A program made the position numbers and the translations under genes. Shown here piece by piece: positions 52,946 through 61,850 of a DNA stretch of 64,000 bases. Below the pieces are notes generated by a model. The model was not told where the DNA came from and did not search any database. It worked only from the letters and a program-made list of their open reading frames with translations. The DNA comes from an uncultured Bdellovibrionales bacterium. GTDB lineage: Bacteria > Patescibacteriota > Minisyncoccia > Moranbacterales > UBA1568. Each line of letters begins with the position of its first letter. The first letter of the stretch is position 1. The stretch lies in contig CAZIZG010000005.1 of NCBI GenBank assembly GCA_964543815.1, positions 9,424 to 73,423 on the forward strand. Reading direction: 5' to 3'.

Positions 52946-53020
52946 AGTGTTGTTCTTAGGTCTTTTTTTACCTATAATGCCATTATAACGGGTATTCTAG
53001 AGAGAGCAAAGCTTGTAAAT

Positions 53021-54247
53021 ATGCGTGTTCTCCTTATCGACAAATATCATCGGCAGTATGCTGGTCCGCAGCGGTTGTATTTTGATACAGCCAAACTGTT
53101 AGAGTCACAGGGTCACGAAGTGGCTTTTTTTGCTATGGCCCATCCCAAGAATGAAGAGACAGTTTGGAGTCGTTTCTTTGTTGATCAGGTAGACTACGAA
53201 GAAGCGAATCAGCTGTCGTTTTGGGATAAGGTAAAAGTGGCCCGAAACATTATTTGGAATCCTCAGGCCAAGAAAAATCTGGAAGCGCTCATTGATGAAT
53301 TTAAGCCTGATGTGGCACATTTGTTTGTGACGTATCATCAGTTGTCACCGTCGATTATTTGGGCCCTCAAGGGTCGGGGAATTCCCATGGTGATGACGCT
53401 CTGTGACTATAAGCTTGCCTCGCCCAATTACAGTTTGTTTGTTCGTGGTCAAATCTGGGAGCATGCCTCTGGTTTTCGTTGTCTCGCTGATCGCTGCGTT
53501 AAGGATTCTTATGGAAAGAGTCTCGTTTGTGTGTTAGAGCAATGGTTCCATAGGATTATCGGTACCTATGGCAAGGTTGATGCTTACATTGGACTCAGCC
53601 AGTTCCTCATCGATACCTATAAACGCCTTGGGTTTCCCTATTTGATAATGCTCTTACCACAGCCATTAGTGCCCTTGCCTGACGTCAATGCCCCGCTCCC
53701 TGAAAAAATGAGTAAAAATTTTCTCTATTTTGGTCGGCTGTCGGCTGAAAAGGGGATAGCTACTCTCATTCAATCCTTTAGCGAACTGAATGATGGTGAG
53801 ACTCTTTCTATCATTGGATTTGGTCCGGAAGAAGAGCGTTTGAAGCGATTAGTCTCAGAGCTTGGGCTAGAGAATAAAGTTTCGTTCTTGGGTCCGGTGT
53901 ACGGCGATGATTTGAAAGAGCGATTATCGTTTGCCCGAGCGGTCGTGGTACCATCGGAGTGGTATGAGAATACGCCCTATGCTCTGCTTGAAACGTTGGC
54001 CTCCGGGACACCAGTGATAGCCGCTCGTGTAGGATCACTCCCTGAGCGCGTACGCGACAACTACAATGGACTCCTTTTTACCCCGGGTGATGCTCATGAT
54101 TTGGCTGAGAAAATGAAACAAATTTTGACCTTGGACACACCATCGCTTCAGAAATGCGCCAGAGAGAGTGTTCTTCCGCTGGATCAAAAAAGCTACCTGG
54201 CAGTCCTTATAGACCTCTATTCTTCCCTTATCAAAGCCAAAAAGTAG
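53021..54247 (+). CDS. Glycosyltransferase family 4
   Basis: GT4 C-terminal domain (VVVPSEWYENTPYALLETLASGTPVIAARVGSLPE). Confidence 0.8.
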   Translation: MRVLLIDKYHRQYAGPQRLYFDTAKLLESQGHEVAFFAMAHPKNEETVWSRFFVDQVDYEEANQLSFWDKVKVARNIIWNPQAKKNLEALIDEFKPDVAHLFVTYHQLSPSIIWALKGRGIPMVMTLCDYKLASPNYSLFVRGQIWEHASGFRCLADRCVKDSYGKSLVCVLEQWFHRIIGTYGKVDAYIGLSQFLIDTYKRLGFPYLIMLLPQPLVPLPDVNAPLPEKMSKNFLYFGRLSAEKGIATLIQSFSELNDGETLSIIGFGPEEERLKRLVSELGLENKVSFLGPVYGDDLKERLSFARAVVVPSEWYENTPYALLETLASGTPVIAARVGSLPERVRDNYNGLLFTPGDAHDLAEKMKQILTLDTPSLQKCARESVLPLDQKSYLAVLIDLYSSLIKAKK

Positions 54248-54261
54248 CTTATTTCCAGCTC

Positions 54262-54290
54262 TTGACAAAACTGAAAAAATAGTGTAATAT
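54262..54290 (+). promoter_or_regulatory. Sigma70-type promoter for the epimerase gene
   Basis: TTGACA, 17-nt spacer (AAACTGAAAAAATAGTG), TAATAT. Confidence 0.6.
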
Positions 54291-54323
54291 GACCCGTTAA
54301 CAGTAATTCGGGTGATATTTCCT

Positions 54324-55325
54324 ATGGGAAAGAAATGTCTGGTACTGGGTGGGGACGGATTCCTCGGCAGTCACTTGGTTGACGATCTCTTGGCACGCGG
54401 CTATGACGTGCGGGTGTTTGATCGTTTCCGTAAAGGACATATCAAAAACTTGAATCACGTAAAGGGGAAAATCGAGATTCACAAGGGAGACTTTTTGAAC
54501 AAGCGACACCTTTCTCGGGCACTTCAGGGTGTGGAGTATGTTTTTCACTTCGTGTCACTGAGTACGCCAGCTTCTACTGCCAATGACCCGCAGCGGGAAA
54601 TCAAACTGAACCTCGAGGGGACGCTTCAGCTTCTTGATTTGTGTGTGAAATATGGCGTGAAGAAAGTAATCTATCCTTCCTCAGGTGGAGCAGTATATGG
54701 GAATGCCCTCGATGAGGTGGCAGATGAAACAACTCAGCCTCGCCCGATGTCGCCGTATGCGGTGACTAAGCTCGCTATCGAAGAGCATTTACACTACTAT
54801 CGCCGCCAGCACAACTTACCGTTTGTTATTTACCGTATCGCCAATCCCTACGGTGAACGTCAGGATCCGAATGGTATTCAAGGAGCTATCCCGATTTTCA
54901 TGAAGCACATGATGAAAAATGAGCTGCTTGAGCTCTATGGGAATACCGTTCGCGACTACGTATATGTCAAGGATGTGACCGGCTTTATTGCTGAGAACTT
55001 TGCCATAAAGCACAAGAATTCAACCTATAATGTTGGGAGTGGTCGCGGAGTGGCTCTCTTTGAGTTGGTGCTCATGTTGGCCAAAACAACGCAGTCGATG
55101 CCTCGTATCAAACGTTTGGAAAAACGTCCGTTTGACGTCCAAAAAATCGTACTTGATATTAGTCGCTCCAGTGAAGAATTTGGCTTCTATCCGATTACCA
55201 GTCTTGAGGTTGGTCTTGAAAAGACCTATGCTTTTCTCAAACAAAAATATGCCCACGAAGCCGTGGTGCGTACCTCATGGTTTGACATGAATGTTGCAAA
55301 GTTCATAAAATGGGACCGAGTCTAA
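54324..55325 (+). CDS. NAD-dependent epimerase/dehydratase (UDP-sugar 4-epimerase-like SDR)
   Basis: Rossmann GGDGFLGSHL and catalytic YAVTK (YxxxK); about 330 aa. Confidence 0.85.
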   Translation: MGKKCLVLGGDGFLGSHLVDDLLARGYDVRVFDRFRKGHIKNLNHVKGKIEIHKGDFLNKRHLSRALQGVEYVFHFVSLSTPASTANDPQREIKLNLEGTLQLLDLCVKYGVKKVIYPSSGGAVYGNALDEVADETTQPRPMSPYAVTKLAIEEHLHYYRRQHNLPFVIYRIANPYGERQDPNGIQGAIPIFMKHMMKNELLELYGNTVRDYVYVKDVTGFIAENFAIKHKNSTYNVGSGRGVALFELVLMLAKTTQSMPRIKRLEKRPFDVQKIVLDISRSSEEFGFYPITSLEVGLEKTYAFLKQKYAHEAVVRTSWFDMNVAKFIKWDRV

Positions 55326-55397
55326 GACCCATCCTCATGTTTTACTGAAAACGTCAGTTTTTAGTAGAGTTGTTTGACAATCACAGTGGAGATCCTT

Positions 55398-55886
55398 ATG
55401 TTGCGAATTTTTTTTCGTGCTTGCATCGCGTTCATGAGTGCGTTCGCTATCCTGCTGGCGGGAAGCGTGATCCTAAGCTACGCTCATGCCGCCGAGTCCA
55501 AGGGCTTTTCGGCTACCTATGTGGCCAAGGACGCTCATTTGGCGCAGGTCTATCTCTTTGTGGAGTATTACTCCGCTGGGAGGACAGCGACGAGTCCGGC
55601 GGCTAAGAAACTGGCCAGGGAATTGAATCGGGCGCTCAGTACTTCATTTCAACCAATCATGGGAGGCGGCAGGGGTGCTGTGCGGGCACACTGCAACATC
55701 GTTCTCCGTGATTGGAAAGACGGGGAAGGTGATCCGAACTTCCAGGTTCGTTGTGAGACATCGGCAGGTGGAACTGAAGTGGCGCCATTCGTTTCGATGG
55801 ACCTGCCGGAAACGGTCGCAGACGTGATGAAGCTCGTCAACGCTTTGATGATTGAGCACAGGCGTCGTATCGCACATCCCGGCTAA
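55398..55886 (+). CDS. Hypothetical secreted protein in a moderately GC-rich insert
   Basis: Signal peptide MLRIFFRACIAFMSAFAILLAGSVILSYAHA; GGAGA SD-like sequence 6 nt upstream; GC above neighbours; the TTG-started ORF-track extension is rejected. Confidence 0.45.
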   Translation: MLRIFFRACIAFMSAFAILLAGSVILSYAHAAESKGFSATYVAKDAHLAQVYLFVEYYSAGRTATSPAAKKLARELNRALSTSFQPIMGGGRGAVRAHCNIVLRDWKDGEGDPNFQVRCETSAGGTEVAPFVSMDLPETVADVMKLVNALMIEHRRRIAHPG

Positions 55887-55986
55887 GTCTCGCATGGCGT
55901 ATGCAGCCACGGTAATACCGCTCGGCTGTTTTTTATTTTCTGAAGGTATCCTCTATACTGAGAGAGGCATTACTTCAAAAAAATGT

Positions 55987-56400
55987 ATGAGTTTCTTTTC
56001 TTCAAAAAATCTTATTTTATTTCTTCGATGGTGTTCCGGAGGAATTTTTGTAGTAGCTGGTGTTGTTGAGTTATGTGGTTTTTCCGGGTACGTTTCACCT
56101 ATGGAAATTTTTGGTCCGGGCATATCACGCAGTGTGGTAACCCTTTCGGCACTGATAGAAATAATGAGTACAATACCAATTTTGTTAGGAAGGTTAACGG
56201 GATTATTTTTTATTTTGGTGACAGCTCTCGTTGTCTATAAGGGTATGGCCCTCGGATATAGTTTTTATCGAGAGCTGGGAGGAACTCCAGGCTGGGTCCT
56301 CTGGCTTCAGGCAATGGTTATGATTCAGGGCGTTGTATATTTAGGTATCAGCCTGTTTCAGGCACAACAACGGCGTAAGCAGATAGAAGAAGGATTCTAA
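55987..56400 (+). CDS. Small 4-TM membrane protein (DoxX-like)
   Basis: About 137 aa with four hydrophobic helices; start ATG 55987. Confidence 0.4.
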   Translation: MSFFSSKNLILFLRWCSGGIFVVAGVVELCGFSGYVSPMEIFGPGISRSVVTLSALIEIMSTIPILLGRLTGLFFILVTALVVYKGMALGYSFYRELGGTPGWVLWLQAMVMIQGVVYLGISLFQAQQRRKQIEEGF

Positions 56401-58502
56401 ATTTTTTGAAGGGTAATGCGGGCATCAAGCACACGGAAACGCTCAGCTTCTTTGAATGCGAGGAGAGGATTGATATCGAGCTCGACTATTTCTGGGAAAT
56501 CTTCAATGAGGAGTGAGAGGCGCCCTATAGCATCTTTCAGTGCTTCAAGGTCGATGCCAGTTTGACCGCGAGCCCCGGTGAGAAGAGGAAGGCTTTTGAG
56601 CTCCTCAATCATTTCGCGAGCATCTTCTTCTTGGAGTGGAGCGAAACGAAAGGCTACATCCTTGAAAACTTCAACAAAAATACCACCTAGCCCCACCATG
56701 AGGAGAGCACCGAGACCTGGTTCGCGCTTCATGCCAAGAATAATCTCTCGGCCACCGGATTCTGCCATTTCAACCATGAGCGCTCCTTCGAGGATTGCCT
56801 CTGGTGCGCGCTCTTTGACACGAGCCAGAAGGAGGTCGTACTTTTCTCCGACTTCTTCAGGGGCGATATCAAGGAGTACCCCACCAACATCAGATTTGTG
56901 GGTGATTTGTGGAGAAATAATCTTGAGAGCGATTTTTCCAGTAAAGTGTTTGGCTGCTACCTCGGCCTCTTCGCGATTGTGGGCAGAGGCACTTTCCAGA
57001 AAACGGAATCCATAAGCAGAAAGAATGTCCCAAACCTCCGTTTCGTAGAGAGCAGAGCGCCCTTCTTTAGTGGCTCTTGTTATTACTCGTGCTGCACTTT
57101 CTTTGTCGATATCGTTAAAGTGAAAGGATGTCGCAAGGTTCTGTTCTCGCCATGATGCCACTTGAGCTAATGCTGCCAACCCCTGGGCTCCGGCCTCTGG
57201 ATAGATGAGGGTAGCAACTTGATTTTTTTGAAGGACACTAAGGCCTGAAGCAAGGGCAGTTTTGCCAGCGAGGACGGCCACGATGGGTTTGGAGCTGTGG
57301 TTTTTCGTATCTGCTATCGCTTCTGCTGTTTCCTTGGCCTGGGTCATTGCCTGGGGGGTGATAATGGTAAGGATCATATCAACCTGAGAATCAGCCGAGA
57401 GTGCTTCTAATGCGAGTTTGTAGCGATCGGCTAGGGCGTCACCGAGGACGTCGACGGGATTGTGACGTGATGCTGCCGCGGGTAAGGCACTAAGTTTTTC
57501 AATGGTTTCGGGCGAGAGAGTGGCGATTTTGAGACCATGTTTTTCAGCGGCATCTGTAGCGAGGACACCGAGCCCACCGGCATTGGTAATAATGCCAATA
57601 TTTTTTCCTTGAGGAAGGGGATTTTGTGAAAATACAGCAAGGAGATCAGAGAGGGATTCGAGTGACTCTGCTCGGATGATGCGAGCCTGGCGGAAAAGCG
57701 CCTGATAGGCAGCATCGCTTCCAGCGAGGGCGCCAGTATGAGAACTCGAAGCGGCCGTGCCTGAAGTAGTGGTGCCTGATTTGAGAGCGATGAGGGGTTT
57801 AGGTGTTGGGCGTGCGAGAATAGCTCGGCCCGTTTCGATAATATGCTTAGCATCAGTCAGCCCTTCGGTATAAAAGCTAATGACGGACGTTTCCTCGTCA
57901 GCAGCAAAATATCGAAGGAGTTCGTTTTCACCAACTACCGCCTTGTTGCCATCGCTGACAAAGGATGAAAAACCCAGTGTATCACCAGTGAGATCGAGGA
58001 GGGCAGTACAGAGGGCCCCGCTTTGTGAAAAGAAGGCAATGTGGCCAGCTACTGGGAGACCAGAGGCAAATGAGGCATTGAGTCCGAGCTTAGGATGGAG
58101 AAAGCCGAGACAGTTGGGACCAAGGAGGGCGATATTATATTCTTCAGCGATATCTTTAATCTCTTGTTCAAGCGCCGAACCTTTTTCGCCTGTTTCTTTA
58201 AACCCTGAGGAAATAATGATAGCAGCCGGTATATTTTTTTCACCGGCAGCCCGGAGTGCTTCTGGTACGGCTGCAGCTGGAATAATAATAATCGCCAAAT
58301 CAACTTCGTGGGGGATGTTGGTAATACTCGGAAAACAAGGGAGGTTAAAAAGAGTATCTGTTTTTGGATTTACCGGGTAGACGGTGCCGCTATAGCCGTG
58401 AGTGAGTAAATTATGAGTGAGGTTCCAGCCGACACTCCCTTCTTTGGTGGAGGCGCCAACGACAGCGATAGAGCGGGGCGAAAAAAGACTTGAGAGTTGC
58501 AT
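56397..58502 (-). CDS. Acetate--CoA ligase (ADP-forming), fused alpha/beta (NDP-forming acyl-CoA synthetase)
   Basis: 701 aa with an N-terminal CoA-binding domain (RSIAVVGAS), a succinyl-CoA-synthetase-like ligase domain with phospho-His loop, and a C-terminal ATP-grasp domain. Confidence 0.85.
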   Translation of the reverse strand: MQLSSLFSPRSIAVVGASTKEGSVGWNLTHNLLTHGYSGTVYPVNPKTDTLFNLPCFPSITNIPHEVDLAIIIIPAAAVPEALRAAGEKNIPAAIIISSGFKETGEKGSALEQEIKDIAEEYNIALLGPNCLGFLHPKLGLNASFASGLPVAGHIAFFSQSGALCTALLDLTGDTLGFSSFVSDGNKAVVGENELLRYFAADEETSVISFYTEGLTDAKHIIETGRAILARPTPKPLIALKSGTTTSGTAASSSHTGALAGSDAAYQALFRQARIIRAESLESLSDLLAVFSQNPLPQGKNIGIITNAGGLGVLATDAAEKHGLKIATLSPETIEKLSALPAAASRHNPVDVLGDALADRYKLALEALSADSQVDMILTIITPQAMTQAKETAEAIADTKNHSSKPIVAVLAGKTALASGLSVLQKNQVATLIYPEAGAQGLAALAQVASWREQNLATSFHFNDIDKESAARVITRATKEGRSALYETEVWDILSAYGFRFLESASAHNREEAEVAAKHFTGKIALKIISPQITHKSDVGGVLLDIAPEEVGEKYDLLLARVKERAPEAILEGALMVEMAESGGREIILGMKREPGLGALLMVGLGGIFVEVFKDVAFRFAPLQEEDAREMIEELKSLPLLTGARGQTGIDLEALKDAIGRLSLLIEDFPEIVELDINPLLAFKEAERFRVLDARITLQKI

Positions 58503-58569
58503 AGAAAAGTGTATAAAGAATGGTTTTTTAGAGCCAGAAACCCCTTTAGTTTACCGCACAATTGTACCC

Positions 58570-58598
58570 TTGACAAAAAGGCAAAAATTTGATAAGAT
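58570..58598 (+). promoter_or_regulatory. Sigma70-type promoter; transcript is leaderless or has a very short leader
   Basis: TTGACA, 17-nt spacer, TAAGAT, overlapping the ATG at 58597. Confidence 0.5.
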
Positions 58599-59586
58599 GG
58601 AGGGTCTAAAAATTCATGATTTTATTCGTATGCAGGCTCGTAATTTTTGGCTTTCTCGAGAGGTTATTCTCGGTTTTGCACTGACCGTGCTTATTGCTGT
58701 TCCGGTTATGGTGTTTGGTGGTAGCAAACAGGTCTATGTAGATAAAGATGCCAAGGGATCCGAAGAAGGAACTTCGAATCATCCCTATCACAGCATTGGC
58801 AAAGCGCTCAAACATACTGATGGGAGTGCTGAAATTCATATTGCCAAAGGGACATACAAGGAAAATATTACTCTTCCCAAAGGAGTAAAGCTTTTTGGGA
58901 AGAAAAGCGACATTGGTGATGTCGTGATTAAATCTGACAATGGTGACAAACCGGCTGTTACGATGAAGCATCAGACGGAACTCAACTTTCTAACAGTTGA
59001 AGGTGGTCGTCACGGTGTTCGTGTTTTGGAGGATGCCAAGGTGAAAATCTACAAGGTCAATATCAAGAAGAGTAACCGAGATGGTATTCATATTGATGCC
59101 GCACCACGTGATAAGAAACACCGTGCACTTATCGATAACGTTGAAATAGAAAATAATGATCGGACCGGTATCTATTCTGAAAAACGTGACATTGTTGTTA
59201 TCAACAGTAACATCCATAACAATGGGAGTGATGGTCTCGATTTAGCGGCGGGTATGGAGGCCTGGTTTGAAAACAATCGTATCAATAACAATGGCGGCAG
59301 TGGTATCAAGGTAGTACTTGATGGCGCTTCTGTCTGGACCAAATCAAACAGTATTCGCAACAACAAGCGCGAGGGTGTTGAGGTCAATGCTTATGGCGCG
59401 GCCGGTAATTTCGGTCTGAAGAAGGCTTCTCTCATCGGGAATGGCCGTTACGGTGTGGCTCGTGTTGCTCGTACAGCAAGTGGCTTCAAATCATTTGGTG
59501 GTATCATCTTAGGTACCGGGGTCAATGACAATCGTCTTGAATCAAACGCTATCGGCAGCACTTCTCCGGTTTTGCGTGGCTTCTAA
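58597..59586 (+). CDS. Membrane-anchored right-handed parallel beta-helix (PbH1) repeat protein
   Basis: N-terminal TM followed by repeated NNG/NNxxxG beta-helix turns (NNDRTGI, NNGSDGL, NNGGSGI, NNKREGV). The start may instead be the downstream Met (58630). Confidence 0.6.
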   Translation: MEGLKIHDFIRMQARNFWLSREVILGFALTVLIAVPVMVFGGSKQVYVDKDAKGSEEGTSNHPYHSIGKALKHTDGSAEIHIAKGTYKENITLPKGVKLFGKKSDIGDVVIKSDNGDKPAVTMKHQTELNFLTVEGGRHGVRVLEDAKVKIYKVNIKKSNRDGIHIDAAPRDKKHRALIDNVEIENNDRTGIYSEKRDIVVINSNIHNNGSDGLDLAAGMEAWFENNRINNNGGSGIKVVLDGASVWTKSNSIRNNKREGVEVNAYGAAGNFGLKKASLIGNGRYGVARVARTASGFKSFGGIILGTGVNDNRLESNAIGSTSPVLRGF

Positions 59587-59639
59587 ATGAGGGGTCCTGT
59601 TAAAGAGTAGTTTCCTTCGTTCTCTAATCAACTCCACGT

Positions 59640-60803
59640 ATGAAAATCGCTTTCATCGGACAGAAGGGGATTCCAGCTGTTGCTGGCGGCGTGGAGAAAC
59701 ACGTCGAAAAATTAGCGACCAGGCTGGTGCTTCAGGGTCATGAAGTGACGGTGTATGTGCGTTCGCATTATACGCCCACTTCCCTTCATGAGTTTGAAGG
59801 AGTGAAACTCGTCCACGTGCCGAGTATTCATACGAAACACCTGGACGCTCTCTCTCATGCATTCTTCGCGACGGTTCATGCTTTGCTCATGCCGTATGAC
59901 GTCATTCACTATCAGTCCATTGGGCCGAGTATCCTTTCGATTTTGCCAAGGCTATTTAAACCCAAAGCTCGAGTGGTGGCCACCTTTCACAGTCGTGACT
60001 ATACTCACAAGAAGTGGGGATGGTTTGCGCGAATCTGTCTGCATATAGCTGAATACATAGCCTGTACTGTGCCAGAGCGGACGATTGTTTCCAGTGAAAC
60101 ACTCATCGAATATACCAAAGAATCGTACCATCGAGACGTGACATTTATTCCGAGCGGAGCAGAGGTGGCTTACGAAAAAAATACCGCCGTACTCACCGAA
60201 TTAGGACTTCGACCGAAGCGCTATATCCTTGCTGTCCATCGTTTGGTGCCACACAAAGGTACACATTATCTGATTAAGGCTTTTAAGGAACTGGAGGATA
60301 CCAATCGTCTTCCAAACAATTTTAAATTGGTTATTGTTGGGACACATGCTGATACTGAAGAGTATGAAAAGTTTCTGAAACACCTGGCCGATGGTCGTTC
60401 CAATATCATCATGGCGGGTGAACGAACCGGCGTAGCTATGGAATCGCTCTATTCCCATGCTTACCTCTATGTGCAGCCCTCTGAACAAGAGGGATTGTCA
60501 CTTGCTTTGCTCGAAGCGATGGGACACGGTCTTTTGCCACTCGTAAGTGATATCGAACCACATAAAGAGGCCGTGGCGAATACAGGAGTTTATTTTCCGG
60601 TGAAAGATATCGAGGGACTGAAGCGAGAACTTGCTTATCTGGTGAATCGAAGTGACGAAGTATCAGCTCTCGGGCGAGTAGCTCAGGAGCGAGTGCGCGA
60701 GCACTATAGTTGGGATGCGGTAGCCAAGAAAACCGTCGATGTCTATCGCGATGTCATGGGTGGCGTACCGAAAGAATATTCGGCTCATGTCCATCACAAA
60801 TAA
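59640..60803 (+). CDS. Glycosyltransferase family 4
   Basis: GT4 signature EGLSLALLEAMGHGLLPLVSD. Confidence 0.8.
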   Translation: MKIAFIGQKGIPAVAGGVEKHVEKLATRLVLQGHEVTVYVRSHYTPTSLHEFEGVKLVHVPSIHTKHLDALSHAFFATVHALLMPYDVIHYQSIGPSILSILPRLFKPKARVVATFHSRDYTHKKWGWFARICLHIAEYIACTVPERTIVSSETLIEYTKESYHRDVTFIPSGAEVAYEKNTAVLTELGLRPKRYILAVHRLVPHKGTHYLIKAFKELEDTNRLPNNFKLVIVGTHADTEEYEKFLKHLADGRSNIIMAGERTGVAMESLYSHAYLYVQPSEQEGLSLALLEAMGHGLLPLVSDIEPHKEAVANTGVYFPVKDIEGLKRELAYLVNRSDEVSALGRVAQERVREHYSWDAVAKKTVDVYRDVMGGVPKEYSAHVHHK

Positions 60804-60810
60804 ATCTATG

Positions 60811-61839
60811 CCGATGTCTGTCCGCAATTATTTTCAGGAATTCCGTGCTGACTGGCAGCGCTCATTTTTTGTAGCGCTTTTTTTCGTGACAATTGCGGCG
60901 CTTTTGTTTTGGCTCGATACGTTCCATGTTTATCAGTCTGATATTCGAATTCTAGTTATTGGTAAGGTGCCGACCGTGGCGACTGATCAGGTGGTAGAAA
61001 ACTTTGCTGAACTATCACGCAATCTCTCATTCTATGAGCAAGTTTTGGCAGGAAACGACTTGATTGATGATGACTTTGATGGATATTCCAAAGATGAACG
61101 CAAAAAACTGTGGAATGAAACAGTGACCGTTACCCGCAGCGACAAGAGTGGCGTGCTCGTGGTAAGTGCGCGTCAAGATAGTCCGGAAAAGGCAACGCGA
61201 CTGGCTGAAGCAACTGTGCAAACACTCTTTGCTACTGCTTCGTTTTACTATAATATCAAGACGGATATTGATCTTCGAATCGTTGATGAGTCAATTGTCA
61301 AAACGACTATCAATAATCCAATCGCATATGTGACCCTGAGTATTTTTAGTGCCGGGGTGGTAACAATTACTTTTTTTGGAATTCTTTCAGTGATCCCGTT
61401 CTTTTTTGGTCGGCGAACAAAGAGGGAGGTTCCAGAATTTCCCATTGGTGCCAGTGTGCCGTTTATCGACCCACAGAAATTCGTCCCGGAGCGCCCGACT
61501 TTGTCTTTTGAATCATCACACCAGGAGCAACAGACATTTGAAGAAATTGAAGAAAATCCTTCCTCTCCAACACCATCAAATGAGCGGATGTTACCAGGTA
61601 TGGATGCAACCGAACTCCCATTTCAGTTTGAGGCATCGTTTCCTGATGAAGAAGTGATTGATGCGAAACCTGAATTTGATGATTTGCCAGTAACGAATGG
61701 GCTGATCATGGATACTGTGGCGGCGTCAGAAGTGACTTCCGTGGAGTCGGTTACTCCTGAGATTGAAGTAAAAAAAGGAGAGCCAACTATCGAAGAATAT
61801 AAACGACGTTTGAATGAATTGTTAGCTGGCGGTAAATAA
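60811..61839 (+). CDS. Wzz/polysaccharide co-polymerase-like protein with a disordered C-terminal extension (paralog 3 of 3)
   Basis: N-terminal TM, periplasmic region similar to the paralogs, a second TM, then an acidic/proline-rich tail. Start at ATG 60811 after the upstream stop. Confidence 0.45.
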   Translation, partial: PMSVRNYFQEFRADWQRSFFVALFFVTIAALLFWLDTFHVYQSDIRILVIGKVPTVATDQVVENFAELSRNLSFYEQVLAGNDLIDDDFDGYSKDERKKLWNETVTVTRSDKSGVLVVSARQDSPEKATRLAEATVQTLFATASFYYNIKTDIDLRIVDESIVKTTINNPIAYVTLSIFSAGVVTITFFGILSVIPFFFGRRTKREVPEFPIGASVPFIDPQKFVPERPTLSFESSHQEQQTFEEIEENPSSPTPSNERMLPGMDATELPFQFEASFPDEEVIDAKPEFDDLPVTNGLIMDTVAASEVTSVESVTPEIEVKKGEPTIEEYKRRLNELLAGGK

Positions 61840-61850
61840 ATCAACTTCTT

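Noticed and set aside
55374-55397. TTG-initiated start of the 55374 ORF
   Set aside because: There is no support for it. ATG 55398 gives a canonical signal peptide and is preceded by an SD-like sequence.
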